From Vicugna vicugna (lineage: Eukaryota), in the NCBI GenBank assembly GCA_013265495.1, contig MU058793.1, forward strand, positions 436,001 to 500,000: 64,000 nucleotides of DNA. The letters are read 5' to 3'. Positions 53,615 to 64,000 of this stretch are shown in pieces. Both the position numbers and the translations under genes were made by a program. Each line of letters opens with the position of its first letter. Within the stretch, counting starts at the first letter, position 1. A model generated the notes under the pieces. The model saw only the letters and a list, made by a program, of their open reading frames with translations, was not told where the DNA came from and did no database searches.

Positions 53615-56557
53615 CCACCCCGATGCTCTTCTATGAAGGTAAAAATGCCCCCCAAAAGTTTCTTTCGCTAGAATGATAATTATAAAAGAAAACTGCTCCT
53701 TTGTTCTATTCTGGATTCAAAAGTTTAAAAGGCATGACATTTGAAAAAAAAAAAAAAAGAGGAGGTTTGGGCAGTTGGTTTTTTAAAAATAAAATCGCAG
53801 GACCTGACAGCAACTGTATGTGCCGACCTCACTGTACCGGATCAGACACAGTGGATAAAATGACTAGAGAATCCGTGTGATGGATGCAAAGGTTGATGAC
53901 TCGGGCAGTGCGGCCACCTGCGTATTTGTTAAAAGGTAACAATTTGCTTGAGTAAGTTTGTGGGGTTGTTTTCTCTTTTTCTTTTTCTTCTGTCCTTTTC
54001 CCTGAAGCCCTCCTACTGGAAAGAAAATGGGAAAAAAAAAAACTTATCTGGAGTCTAGAGGACCTACCTAAATTACTGAGACAGTAGAACACATACAAAA
54101 TAAAATAATAAATCACATTCTACTTCTGGCATCTGGCCACTCGCTAGGAAGCATGCAGCCAGCCATCAGCAACTTTACCAGCTACACCTAGAGGCACAAA
54201 CATTAATTTCAAATCAGTGGCTACTGTCAAGCATATATGAATTTATTTCATTGCTTCTTTGCGATCAGAGGTAGTAGAGGCACGAACTAGAAAGGCAGTA
54301 ACTAAAGGGAAGGCCTCTTCTCAGGCCTCTACTTTCCACCACTGGGAAGTCCATCTAGGCCCCATGAAGTCTAGGCACATGCATGTGCACACGCACATGT
54401 GCACACATACATACATACACATACACACCCTCCCAACATTTCCTAATATTTTTGTATTTTTACCACTCCCTCCCTTCCCTGTTATAGTACTAACATTGTA
54501 TTAATCTGTAATACGAACTTGCCAGGTAAATCCAAAAGGAAGAGAATATGAAAAAAAAAGGTGTAATCCATCCCACTGAAAGATACCCACAATTGGATTA
54601 TTTGTTCCTACATTTAAATAGCAAAACTATCGGTCTGCCCAGGAAGGACTCAGTGTTCGTTTGTTTGCATTTAGATCTTCCAGGATTGGCTCTCCAGGAA
54701 CTGCCCATATTGTCCCAAGTAGCTACTTTTTATAAGAATGTTCCACTGCTGCCTCTAAGACATTCTCCAACATTCTTACTGGCTTACGTGTTCTCATACT
54801 TTTCTAAAATCTGTAGTTGCCCAAGTTTAATTACCCCAGAACAATCCAGTCATCGACAACCAACTAAAAGCGTATGGAATTTTTCTCCCCCATAAATCTA
54901 TTCATTGAGATTCTGCCAAGCCTGGAATGTTCAGGGAAAGATTCAATAATCAGGGGAGAAATGAGTTGCAGAAACTCAAAGAGAACAGAAGAGCCAAGGC
55001 AGGAGATTAGGAAGCCAGGAGATGAGGGCTCACTGAATTAAACATTCTTAAGCAGACTTACATACATAATGAATTGGTCAATTCTGTCCAATGTTTCTGA
55101 AAGAGATTACCCTTCCAACAAGCCAAATGAGTGTTCAAGGATGGTAGCTCGGATGGATTCCCGAACAAAATAAGTGTTAATCACTTTATCTCCCCCAATC
55201 TTTTTTTGTGAAGAAGAGCAACTTTTCATTTCCATAAAGCCTTGAAATCGTTGGCTGGTAAGGGCTGGGGGGCTGGGAGGCTGGGGGTGGGGGAGGGCTG
55301 GTGAGAGGATGGGGACAATGAAGTCCCTGAAAAGGGGGATTTCCTGACAATAAAACCCTGATCAGAGCCGGAGAGGGGACATTGTTGTCTGCAGCGCTCC
55401 CCTTTCCTCTGGGAATTCCAAGCGTGGTAGAGAGGGGAGGGTCATGGTGACAACTGCTTGGGGAAGGATCAGCCAGGTAGGCTTTGCGATTTATTGCTTG
55501 GGAAATGCTGGACCACCACAATACATGTTCTTGGAATTTGTTCTTTTAAACGCATTGCTACAGGCTCCTTAAGATATCCTGTCAGTTGTTCAGGAAATGT
55601 GTAAAGTAATCAGCCTATAAAATCTTTAAGCAAGGGACATTGAATAGCAGCATAAAATCGTACAACTGAGTTACGTACTGAGACCTTCCTGCTCACAGGA
55701 CACAGGGCTGGATACTGAGGACAGAGCATCAGACAAGGCAGAGACGGTCACTGCTCTCGGGAGGTCACGGTTTAGAGGGCCAAAACTATTTCTTAAGTGT
55801 CTAGGCACACCATAAGGTAGTCACTGCATAAATATTTGCGGGATGAATGAAGAAGACTTCTGAGCTTGGGATTCATGTGACTCGAGACTGAAAAAATAAT
55901 AATAACTAGCAGATATATAGAGAATGACCAAACATAGGAAATAATCAACTTGAACGTGCCCCCAAAATTAGAAGAAATGGGATGAGAAATAAAAAATCCT
56001 TGACATCTAGATTCTGTCACTGAATACAGTCATTGCACAGAGCCAGTCACTGGCGGTGTTTTCACAATTCACCCCAGACAGTTTTGCGCCTGACTTAGTT
56101 CAAGTATCCAGAGACACAAGTGGGCCTTAATTGAGCCAAAGTCCCCAGTTCTTAGACAACTGTTCCCTCTAATGAACAGTCCTTCTCTTCCCAATCTACT
56201 GTATCACACAGCTTTGTAAATTCAAAAGTTACTATTTATTAACCCAGAGAGATGCCCACACAGAAAGAGAGAGAAAAGAAAAAGAAAGAAAACAGTTGCC
56301 AGGTGCCAAGGCAGGTGTGGATTCTTTTACCTGGTCCAGGAGCCTTCTTCCCTGGTGACTCCTCAAAACGGACACTGGCCTTCTTAGCTATTCCGAGGAA
56401 CACACAGTGAGGGAGGCTCCTTTTAGCTCCATCAGGCCCGAGAGAAATAACTGCCCTATATTTAGATAAGTGCCCTTTGCAACAAAGGAGTAGCTCATCC
56501 CAGTTAGCACTTTCTAAATGATGAAAGCAGAAAGTTTTCCAAAACGCTCCCCTAGCT

Positions 56558-56767
56558 CATTGGTGCCCAACCAGGGGTGAGTTTGCCTCCCAAAGAATAT
56601 TCAGCAATATCTAGAGGCATTTTGGGGGGGTTGTTATACTGGAGGTGCCACAAGCATTTAGTGGGGAGAGGCCAGGCTTGCTGCTGAACACCTTATAATG
56701 CACAAAAAGCCCCAACCAAGAACGACCCGGCCCAAAACATCAATAGCGCTGAGGTTGAGAAACCCTG
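56558..56767. mobile_element. MER20 hAT-Charlie DNA transposon
   Basis: caaccaggggtgagtttgcctccc...gcatttagtggggagaggccaggcttgctgctgaacaccttataatgcaca...cccggcccaaaacatcaatagcgctgaggttgagaaaccctg. Confidence 0.88.
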
Positions 56768-59137
56768 ATCTAGTTATACATTAAGCAAAGAGCAGAGGGT
56801 CCACCTATCAATGTTTAAGGTGTAAAGTCCTCCAAAGGGTTCTGGTAAAATATTGGGATATTCTGAGGCAAGAATCTCCTCCTATGGTCTAAGCTCAGCA
56901 CAGCTATCCGTATGTAAAGACATTCACCTAATGGCAGGATTAAAAATAATATCCTAGAATAATAATGATGATAATAGCTAACATTAATAAACATGAATAA
57001 CATAACATTAATCAACATTAACGAAGGGCTTAGTATATAAAAAGTTACAGTCGATATTTACAGCAACCCTATGTTATAAATACTATTATTGTTCTCTACA
57101 AAGTAAGCTTCTTTATTACACACAATAATCCCGTGTAGCAGGTCGGTTTATCAGCCTCTAAAACGTAAGTTCTGCGGGGCAGGACTTTCTCTGTTTCATT
57201 CACCGATGTCTGGCTAGCCCCCAGCAGAGCAGGGTCCCCATTTCAGAGATGAGGGCAATGCGAGGCTCAGAAAAATGCTGGAGGTCACAGAGCCAAAAAG
57301 TGTTGGGAAGTGGTTCATATCGGGTCTCTGCCCTCACACACTGCCAGCCTGCCAACTGCTCGATATTTGGAGTCATTAGAATCCATTAGACCTCTTGGGC
57401 CAACCTTAGATAAACAACCGAAGGAGGAGTGACTCAGGCTGCTTTCCAAAGTTACCAAAATAAAGTTTTCCACTTTTCAAGAAGCTGATTAAACAAAACA
57501 GGGCCCCAAGACAATGGTAAAGTACATTTGCATTGCTGTGAGTCACTTTAAAGCAATCTAAGAGGGTGGCTGGTTTTACAAGAGGTTAACTGCTTCTCTT
57601 AATTTGGGCAGGGCTCACGTGGCACCAGGCAGGCTTCCCAAGCCAAGAGAGCAGAGCTTTCTCAAAGATCAAATGCCCTGGATGTGTGCAGAAACTCTTT
57701 CCAACCACTAGGGACCCTGGGATGCATGTGTGAACCAGTCAACACTTGACAACTGGTCCAATGAACCCCCAAGGCCAGGGTAATCTCAGCACAGTCTTCA
57801 GGTAAAATTAAAACCACCTCTACTCAATTAAGACAGATGTGAACATCCAGGAACATTCATGAATGAGTACTTTTTGAATGATAAGAGAGCTCAAACATTG
57901 ATTTGAAGGCTCAGGGACTACCCAAATTTCCCCGTTTTCATCATTTCAATAGATTCCCTAATTCTGGGGGAAATATCCTAAAGGACACAGATGACCTAGC
58001 AAGTGCCAACAACTGAGAATTATACCCATCCTTATAAAGACACCAAAAGGGGAAGGGATGTGTTTGGTTTTTAATCTTACAATATTGACACAACAATTAG
58101 ACTTTAACTCTTTAAGTGGAAATTTAGAAAGATTTGCAAAGTATCCCTGACACTATACAAACATGCTCATTCCACTTATAATCATTTGAAGTATTTATTC
58201 ATAACCTGCTTTTCTCCACAAAAGAATTGGGTGACTTTCAAAAGTACAACTGATTCTAAAGAGAGGGGTAACATTTATAAGAACCAAGACAAAAAAAAAT
58301 TAAGAAAATAATAACGCCAAGATGACCAGCAGTCAGGAATACACATCCTATTTTCTTGGATAGTTTCCAAATAAGTTTCATGTTGGCCTCCAAGCTCCCT
58401 GGCAGTCAATGCAAAGAAAGAAATGAGAATAACAAGATTAATAATATCCATTAGATAAAACTAAGTGATTTTTTCCAGCTCTTCCTCACACAGTAATCTG
58501 AAAAGATTCTCTGGTAAATCATCATTTAAAAAAAAGAACACTGTGATATGTAATGGGCTATATTCTAAACAGAACACCCAGAAAGGATGTTCACAAAACC
58601 ATTATTCACGATTCTCCTCCACGCAAAGTGAAGCCCTAGAAGTGTGCGATTCAATAAATGAGAGAGACCCAGTAAAGGCAGCTGTGGAGTCGGGGGCACA
58701 ACAGGGTGTCATCCTGGGCATTCAGCTCTCAGGCTGGCAGAAGGCTCACCTTAAATTAGGTAATCCTGATGAGCGGATGACCTGCATCTTTGTCAGGCCC
58801 TTCCGCAGAAATACATTATCCCTTACAGTGGAGTTTTTAATAAGGATTGAGCAGCAGCCTTCAAGATCAACACTTCTAATAAGAAATCAAAAGACAAGAA
58901 TTCTGCATCCACTATCAAGTAGGATGGCCAAACTTAGTATCAGGAAAAAATTTCCTTGGAAGATGAATTCTCATATATGGGTGATGTTACACTGGGAAAT
59001 TTTAGTCAAGCAATGAGATATAGTCTGTTGTCCAAAAGATATCTGTTAACTTAGGGTTGAACTGGCCTCTTTAAAAAAAAAACAAAAACAAAAAAACACA
59101 CCCCTTTCTCCTGACTGGACACTGGTTTTTATCCCAC

Positions 59138-59288
59138 TTTTTTTAATTTTTAATTTTTTTATTAATTTATTTATTAATTTTTAGGGGGTAGGTAATTAGG
59201 TTTACTATATTTTTTGGAGGAGGCAATGGGGATTGAACCTAGGACCTTGTGTATGTTTAGCATGTGCTCTTGAGCTATACCCTCCCCC
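59138..59288 (-). mobile_element. tRNA-derived camelid SINE (vic-1-like), longer-tail form
   Basis: Reverse complement reads gggggagggtatagctcaagagcacatgctaaacatacacaaggtcctaggttcaatcccc...aaacctaattacctaccccct plus an A-rich tail. Confidence 0.85.
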
Positions 59289-60625
59289 TTTGTCTCTCTT
59301 TCTTATATAAGAATCTTCTAGATCACTCTCATCCATTTGTCACACTTCTTGTCTTCTGTTGTCATTACTCTTACTCTTTCACTGGTCTATTAGAATTCCT
59401 TCAACTTGATTTGGTTTTCCTTCACCTGGTTTCTGTCCTAAACTTTCACAAGTTTCTTCCTAATAAATAGAGGCTCAAGATACATGGGGGTGGTGGGGGG
59501 GTGCCAATTACGACCTGCCATCTTGCACCTTCAGAGAGCCAGTGTTTCCAAAGTGTTAACTATGTAGAGATGTTCTGATGATCAAAGTGGTATACAGCAT
59601 AACTACAGTGTTTCCGCAGAATCTAGGATGGAGACAAGGCCATAAAAAAGGCAATAATGCAGTACATCATTTTAGCCCATTGGCAATCAGAAACCTGTTA
59701 AAACAAAGCCAGAACTGGAGACCACCTTTGAAAAATTATTAATACAGACAGAGCAAGGCTATTATGCCACCAAGGAAGTTACTTATTATGAAAAACTGGA
59801 CTTTAAGGGGCAAGGAAAATAGCTATTTCAAATTAATGTTTTCAAAACAACTAATACGATGACTAAGCAATGCACGAAAATATTAAGATAGGCAATCCTG
59901 CTTTGTGGTGTGGCTCTATGATCACTGCGATGACCCTGAGCAGGACTCGGTTTAATAAAACTCACCAGTCCTCTTCTGAGGAATTTGGGGTTTGCTTAAT
60001 TGTGGTTATGCAATAGTGACATAAATTAAAAAGTGAATCAATACAGAAAAGAGTAAATAAATAAATAATGATACCAGTGGTGTGTAGATATGGCTGAAAT
60101 TTCGTGGCAGGTCTGGGAAAGCACTGATATGAACAAAGGTGAGCCATGGGAAGTGGTTTTAGAAGGAGAATGATGCTTAGACCAATATCCCTTTAAGGAT
60201 TAAACGAAAGTTGACCATAGATTTGATTGGAGGTGGGAGGAATCTAGAGCACAGAGAGTCGTTGAGGAACCTGTCCTTACGGCAGTGGCCTGGGCTGGAA
60301 TATTAAGACACTGGCAGTGGGAAAAAAGAAGACAGAAGTAAAAGAGATGGTGAGAAGAAAGAAAGAAAGACGACACAAAGAGTTATGGCATTAAAGGAAT
60401 GAAAGGGGCCAAGTAATCAAAATCAATATTTTGCCTCTGAAAATGACAGAGGCATTGTGAGAAATTGTGAAAACTTGAAGGGGAGCTTTGAGAGCAGAGG
60501 GATGCCATATGGCTTATGTTGGATTTGAACTGATGGCAGGCAGGGAAATGGTGATATCCTGTAGAGAGATGTCATACAGGGGCTGAGAAAGGTAGATCAT
60601 CAAGCTAGAGAAGAAGACCTGAGCC

Positions 60626-61104
60626 CGTGGGGTAGACTGCAGAACAGGCCACCGTTCTTCATACCTCCCTGTATCCACACTCCTTTGTAATGTGATTTTA
60701 CAGAAGCTCCCTTCAAGAAGTGGAATCAATTCCCCCTCCCCTTGAATCTGGCTTTGGGTAGAAGAATGTGGTAGAAGAAACACAGTCTCTGAGCCTGGGC
60801 TTAAGGGCTCTCTGTACTCAGAATGCTGGCTCTTGTGTACAACTAAGCACTCTAGAGGGAGAGACTACATGTACAGTCAGGGGAAAGGAGGGGCCCCAGC
60901 GGACAGCCAGCCAGTCTCCAGAAGCAAAGCCCCCTGGCCAGCCTGCCAATGACTAGAAACACACAAGAGAACCCAGCCAAGATGAGAATAACTACCCCAC
61001 TGGGCCCAGCCTAAATTGCTGACTTGCGAAATCACAAACAAAACATGTTTTTTGTTTTAAGCCACAAGGTCTAATTTGTTACACAGCAATAGATAACTGA
61101 TACA
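60626..61104 (+). mobile_element. MaLR solo LTR (MLT1F/G-like), apparently inserted into an antisense L2 (about 60180-61630)
   Basis: ctccctgtatccacactcctttgtaatgtgatttt...ccccttgaatctgg...cccagcctaaattgctgac...ttgttttaagccac...tttgttacacagcaatagataactgataca, the MLT1 terminus. L2-like purine-rich sequence lies on both sides. Confidence 0.82.
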
Positions 61105-61659
61105 AACAACATCAGGGAGGGAACTGCTAAAGGCAGAAATCAGGATCCCCATATAAAGTGGAAAAAAAAAATATGAGGGCAAAAGAGCAAGAAGCCAAGA
61201 TTTAGGAGGACATTCTCACTACCTGGGAAGAGGAGGGGAGGCAGCAGATAAGAAAACAGAGCAGAAGAAATCAGAAGCATCCAAACATGCAGTATTTCGG
61301 AATCAGGGACATGGGAGATCACGGGAGACAGAGGGGTAGGAGATTCCAAGGAGTCATCAGAGAAGTACAGCCCCAGGGCTCAGCATAGGATCCTGTAAAG
61401 CAGGCCCTCCGTATTCCTGCATGAATGAATGAAATCTGTCTGATCAGGCAGAGCTCACCAGAGAAGAGTGGAAAGACAGAGTTAGTAATGCAACTAGGAA
61501 CAGAAGCCGACTGCAGGGTGTTAAGGAGGGCCTGAGTGGGCAAGACATGGAGCCCCAGGTAAAGATTTCTTGTCTGAGAAGCAACTGCTCATAGAGATGT
61601 TAAAAAGGGGGTCCACAGAGTCAGGTAAGAATGTCAGTGTGGATCGTCCTTTCTCTAGG

Positions 61660-61812
61660 ACTCACAACTACCAGTGTGGCCAGGAACGAGCGGCACCCCA
61701 GCATCACCTGGGAATGGGTTAGCAATGTCAACCCTCAGGCCCACCCAGACCTGCTGGGCTGCATTTTATCCAGACCTCCAGCTGACTGTATGCACATCCC
61801 AGTTTGGGAAGT
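61660..61812. mobile_element. MER5A fragment
   Basis: cagcatcacctgggaatgggttagcaatg...ctcaggcccacccagacctgctg...ctgcatttt...cctccagctgact...cagtttgggaag. Confidence 0.7.
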
Positions 61813-63329
61813 ACAGAGACGAAGAAGAATCAGTGTTTAATTACATCTGGAGAAAGTCATTTTGTTTTAAATTCCCTTTCAAGTATCTAGATATAAATCA
61901 AAGACAGAGTCTCAGTTTGGTGCTAATACATCTTCAGCACCTCCCTAACACTTGCAAATCCCCCTTTTCAACAGAGAGCACAGCCCAAGTCAAGCAAGGT
62001 CTCCAGTGAGCTTCCCGTAATACTGTTTACTCCCCTGCTGTTTATTTTTAGGATTTTCTTCTCTGTATGGGAAGTGATAGGATTTTCCATTTGTGATAGT
62101 CTTGATTTCACATTAATTTATGTAAGGGGGGAAAGTGGAGTTAAACAGAACTATGACGTATATTATAATGTGGACGGAATGAGGGGGTAGCCAAAGTTGT
62201 GACAAGTGAGGGGGCACTCGATTTGAAGACTGGAAAATGTGGAGTGGAGGTCAGAGGACATCTGGGCATGTTTGAAAGGAGAAAGGAGTAAGACAGGAAA
62301 GGTGGGAGTTGTCTGTAGAGCCAGAATATGTAACAATCGGAAAGGAATCAACACTGTTGGGAGGATTTCTCCCAAAGAGGAGACACTGAGGAAAAAAGAG
62401 AGAAGTGGTTCCTACCCAAGTAAGGATGACAGATGAGCAATTCCTACCAGGTAATAGGAATGCTCCTCATTAAGTGAAGGATCCGAGTTCCCTTCTAAGA
62501 ATGAGGGGAGAACTGGTTTGATTGTGATTTGAACAGTGGAGAAGACTTGGACTATCCCTTTGGAGAATGTCCAAGAGAATAAAGAGATGAACAAAAGGAT
62601 ACACAGCAAGGACCCAGATACATTCAGACAGCTCTCATTTTTAGCACGGAAAACGAACGCAGTTTTCGGTCATCCTAAAGTTGAGAAACGAGGCTGAGTA
62701 AAGGCTGACCCCGCGTACACAGCTAGAGGAGAGGTGGCTGAGGGGGTTGGAGGTACAGAGGAAATCACCGTGTCTTTGTAGTCGAGGCTTTATGGTCAAG
62801 GGGCCGGAGGAGTAAGTGAGGAGAAAGGGCATAAAGAACAGCAGGTTTCTGGGGGAAGAAGATTCAGTGGATGTGATGAGCCAGAGGTAAGCTTGATCAA
62901 AATGGAAATGCAGCAATTAAAACACAATCTAGTTTTAAAAACCTCAACTGAAGATTGACTCAGGCGTAAAACTTTGTCATCAACAGTTAGGACTTGAGCA
63001 ATGGCAGTCTAAAAATTCAAGAGGTAATTTGAAAAGAAGACAAATTTGGGCCTAAAATATAGGTAGTCAATTAACATTAGGACATTGGACTGGAAGTGCA
63101 TGCAAAGAATATAAATCATTGGGTATTTTAAGCACGCCCAAAATAAAACCCCCAGACTGAAGAAAGGACTGAAAAGGCAGCACAGCGTATCTCTTTTCAC
63201 CAAAAGAAGACCCTCCAAGGAGCAAATAAAAATTAAAATATTGAATGAAGTTTAGCAAAATACGTTACAGTTTGTACACAAAATCTCAAACTTGAAGATA
63301 CCCGAGAAAGGTTCCTTGGACTTCACCCA

Positions 63330-63775
63330 TCACTCACTCACAGACACTCCCCGCTTCTTCCACAGCAGTTGAGGGTCTCCCTGGGCACATGGCCAGCCAC
63401 AACTTTGCAGTCATAGGTGTGGGTACCTGGGTACTTTGCAGTCATAGGTGTGGCCATGTGTCTAAGTTCTGGCCAGTGAGAAATAAGCAAGTATCATGTG
63501 GCAGCCTCTGGTCCTCCCTGGACCCTCGACCACTTCTCCTTCTTCCTGCTGGTTGGACCATGATGATGACTGGCACTCTACCTTGAACCATATGGACAAG
63601 GGTCACATGAAAGTTGCAGGCAGCTTGGCTCCCAGATGTCTGTGAAGCCCCCATACCAGCTCTATGCCACTAACCACTAGTCTTTGTTAGGGTAAAGAGA
63701 AAGTCTGTCTCATTTAAGGCACTGCTACTTAAGGTTTTTTTTTTTCTGTTCCTTGCAGGTGAACCCTAACTAACA
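63330..63775 (+). mobile_element. MaLR solo LTR (MLT1J-like)
   Basis: aggtgtggccatgtgtctaagttctggccagtgagaaataagc...ttcttcctgctggttgga...ccataccagctct...catttaaggcactg...tttctgttccttgcag...ctaactaaca. Confidence 0.72.
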
Positions 63776-64000
63776 GGCTCTTCTTTGCTTACACAGAAGT
63801 CTCCCCTTCCTTGACCATTTCTTCACCAGCCTAAATAGTTGGACTAAGAGCAGACATTTCAATATCTCCTTCACTTGTTTCCCTTAGCCCCTGTTCTTCT
63901 CTCATTCCTGCTTAGGCAAGATCCACCACCAACTTATGCTCACCACCCATGACCCCATTCCTGCCTCCAACAATACCAACAGAGGAAATTTAAAATAAAA

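Larger units (their letters stand above)
3173..64000 (-). other. TOX3: Large TOX3 intron upstream of exon 2; exon 1 and the promoter lie beyond the window end
   Basis: I found no exon-1 coding sequence (MDVRFYP...) and no CpG island in the window. The region is repeat-rich and non-coding. TOX3 has a long first intron (recalled). Confidence 0.85.

Noticed and set aside
58465..59016. Longest ORF (183 aa, + strand)
   Set aside because: It starts at GTG rather than ATG, has no recognisable homology or domain, and is antisense within an intron. An ORF of this length is plausible by chance in 64 kb.
1..64000. CRISPR array, operon or other novel multi-gene system
   Set aside because: I saw no regularly spaced repeat-spacer array, no gene-dense region and no intact transposase, RT or viral ORF. 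The window is explained as mammalian TOX3 intron with fossil repeats.

Overview
This is mammalian genomic DNA, most likely camelid (alpaca, vicuna or camel). The evidence is two tRNA-derived SINEs of the camelid vic-1 type and cetartiodactyl-type L1 3' ends, with no Bov-A/BovB or PRE-1 elements recognised. The window lies inside the TOX3 gene on the minus strand. It holds one clear 66-nt coding exon (3107-3172, FGNNNNYMNMAEANNAFFAASE, canonical exon 2), about 3.1 kb of the next intron, and about 61 kb of the long upstream intron. That intron is filled with L2, MIR, old L1, DNA-transposon and MaLR-LTR remnants and has one 30-N assembly gap. I found no new multi-gene system. The best observations are: (1) the apparent orthologue of the human TOX3 isoform-2 alternative exon (48244-48436), with the human start codon and donor apparently absent and a different in-frame ATG and phase-0 donor present; (2) a ~230-bp local duplication in which about 19 of 20 substitutions are G/C in one copy and A/T in the other; (3) a MER53 hairpin carrying a seed-intact miR-1302-like 21-mer on the TOX3 sense strand; (4) a twin-primed inverted L1 with an intact target-site duplication (TSD); (5) a false duplication across the gap. 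Repeat family names and human reference sequences come from my recollection, not from a database run, and most repeat boundaries are approximate.
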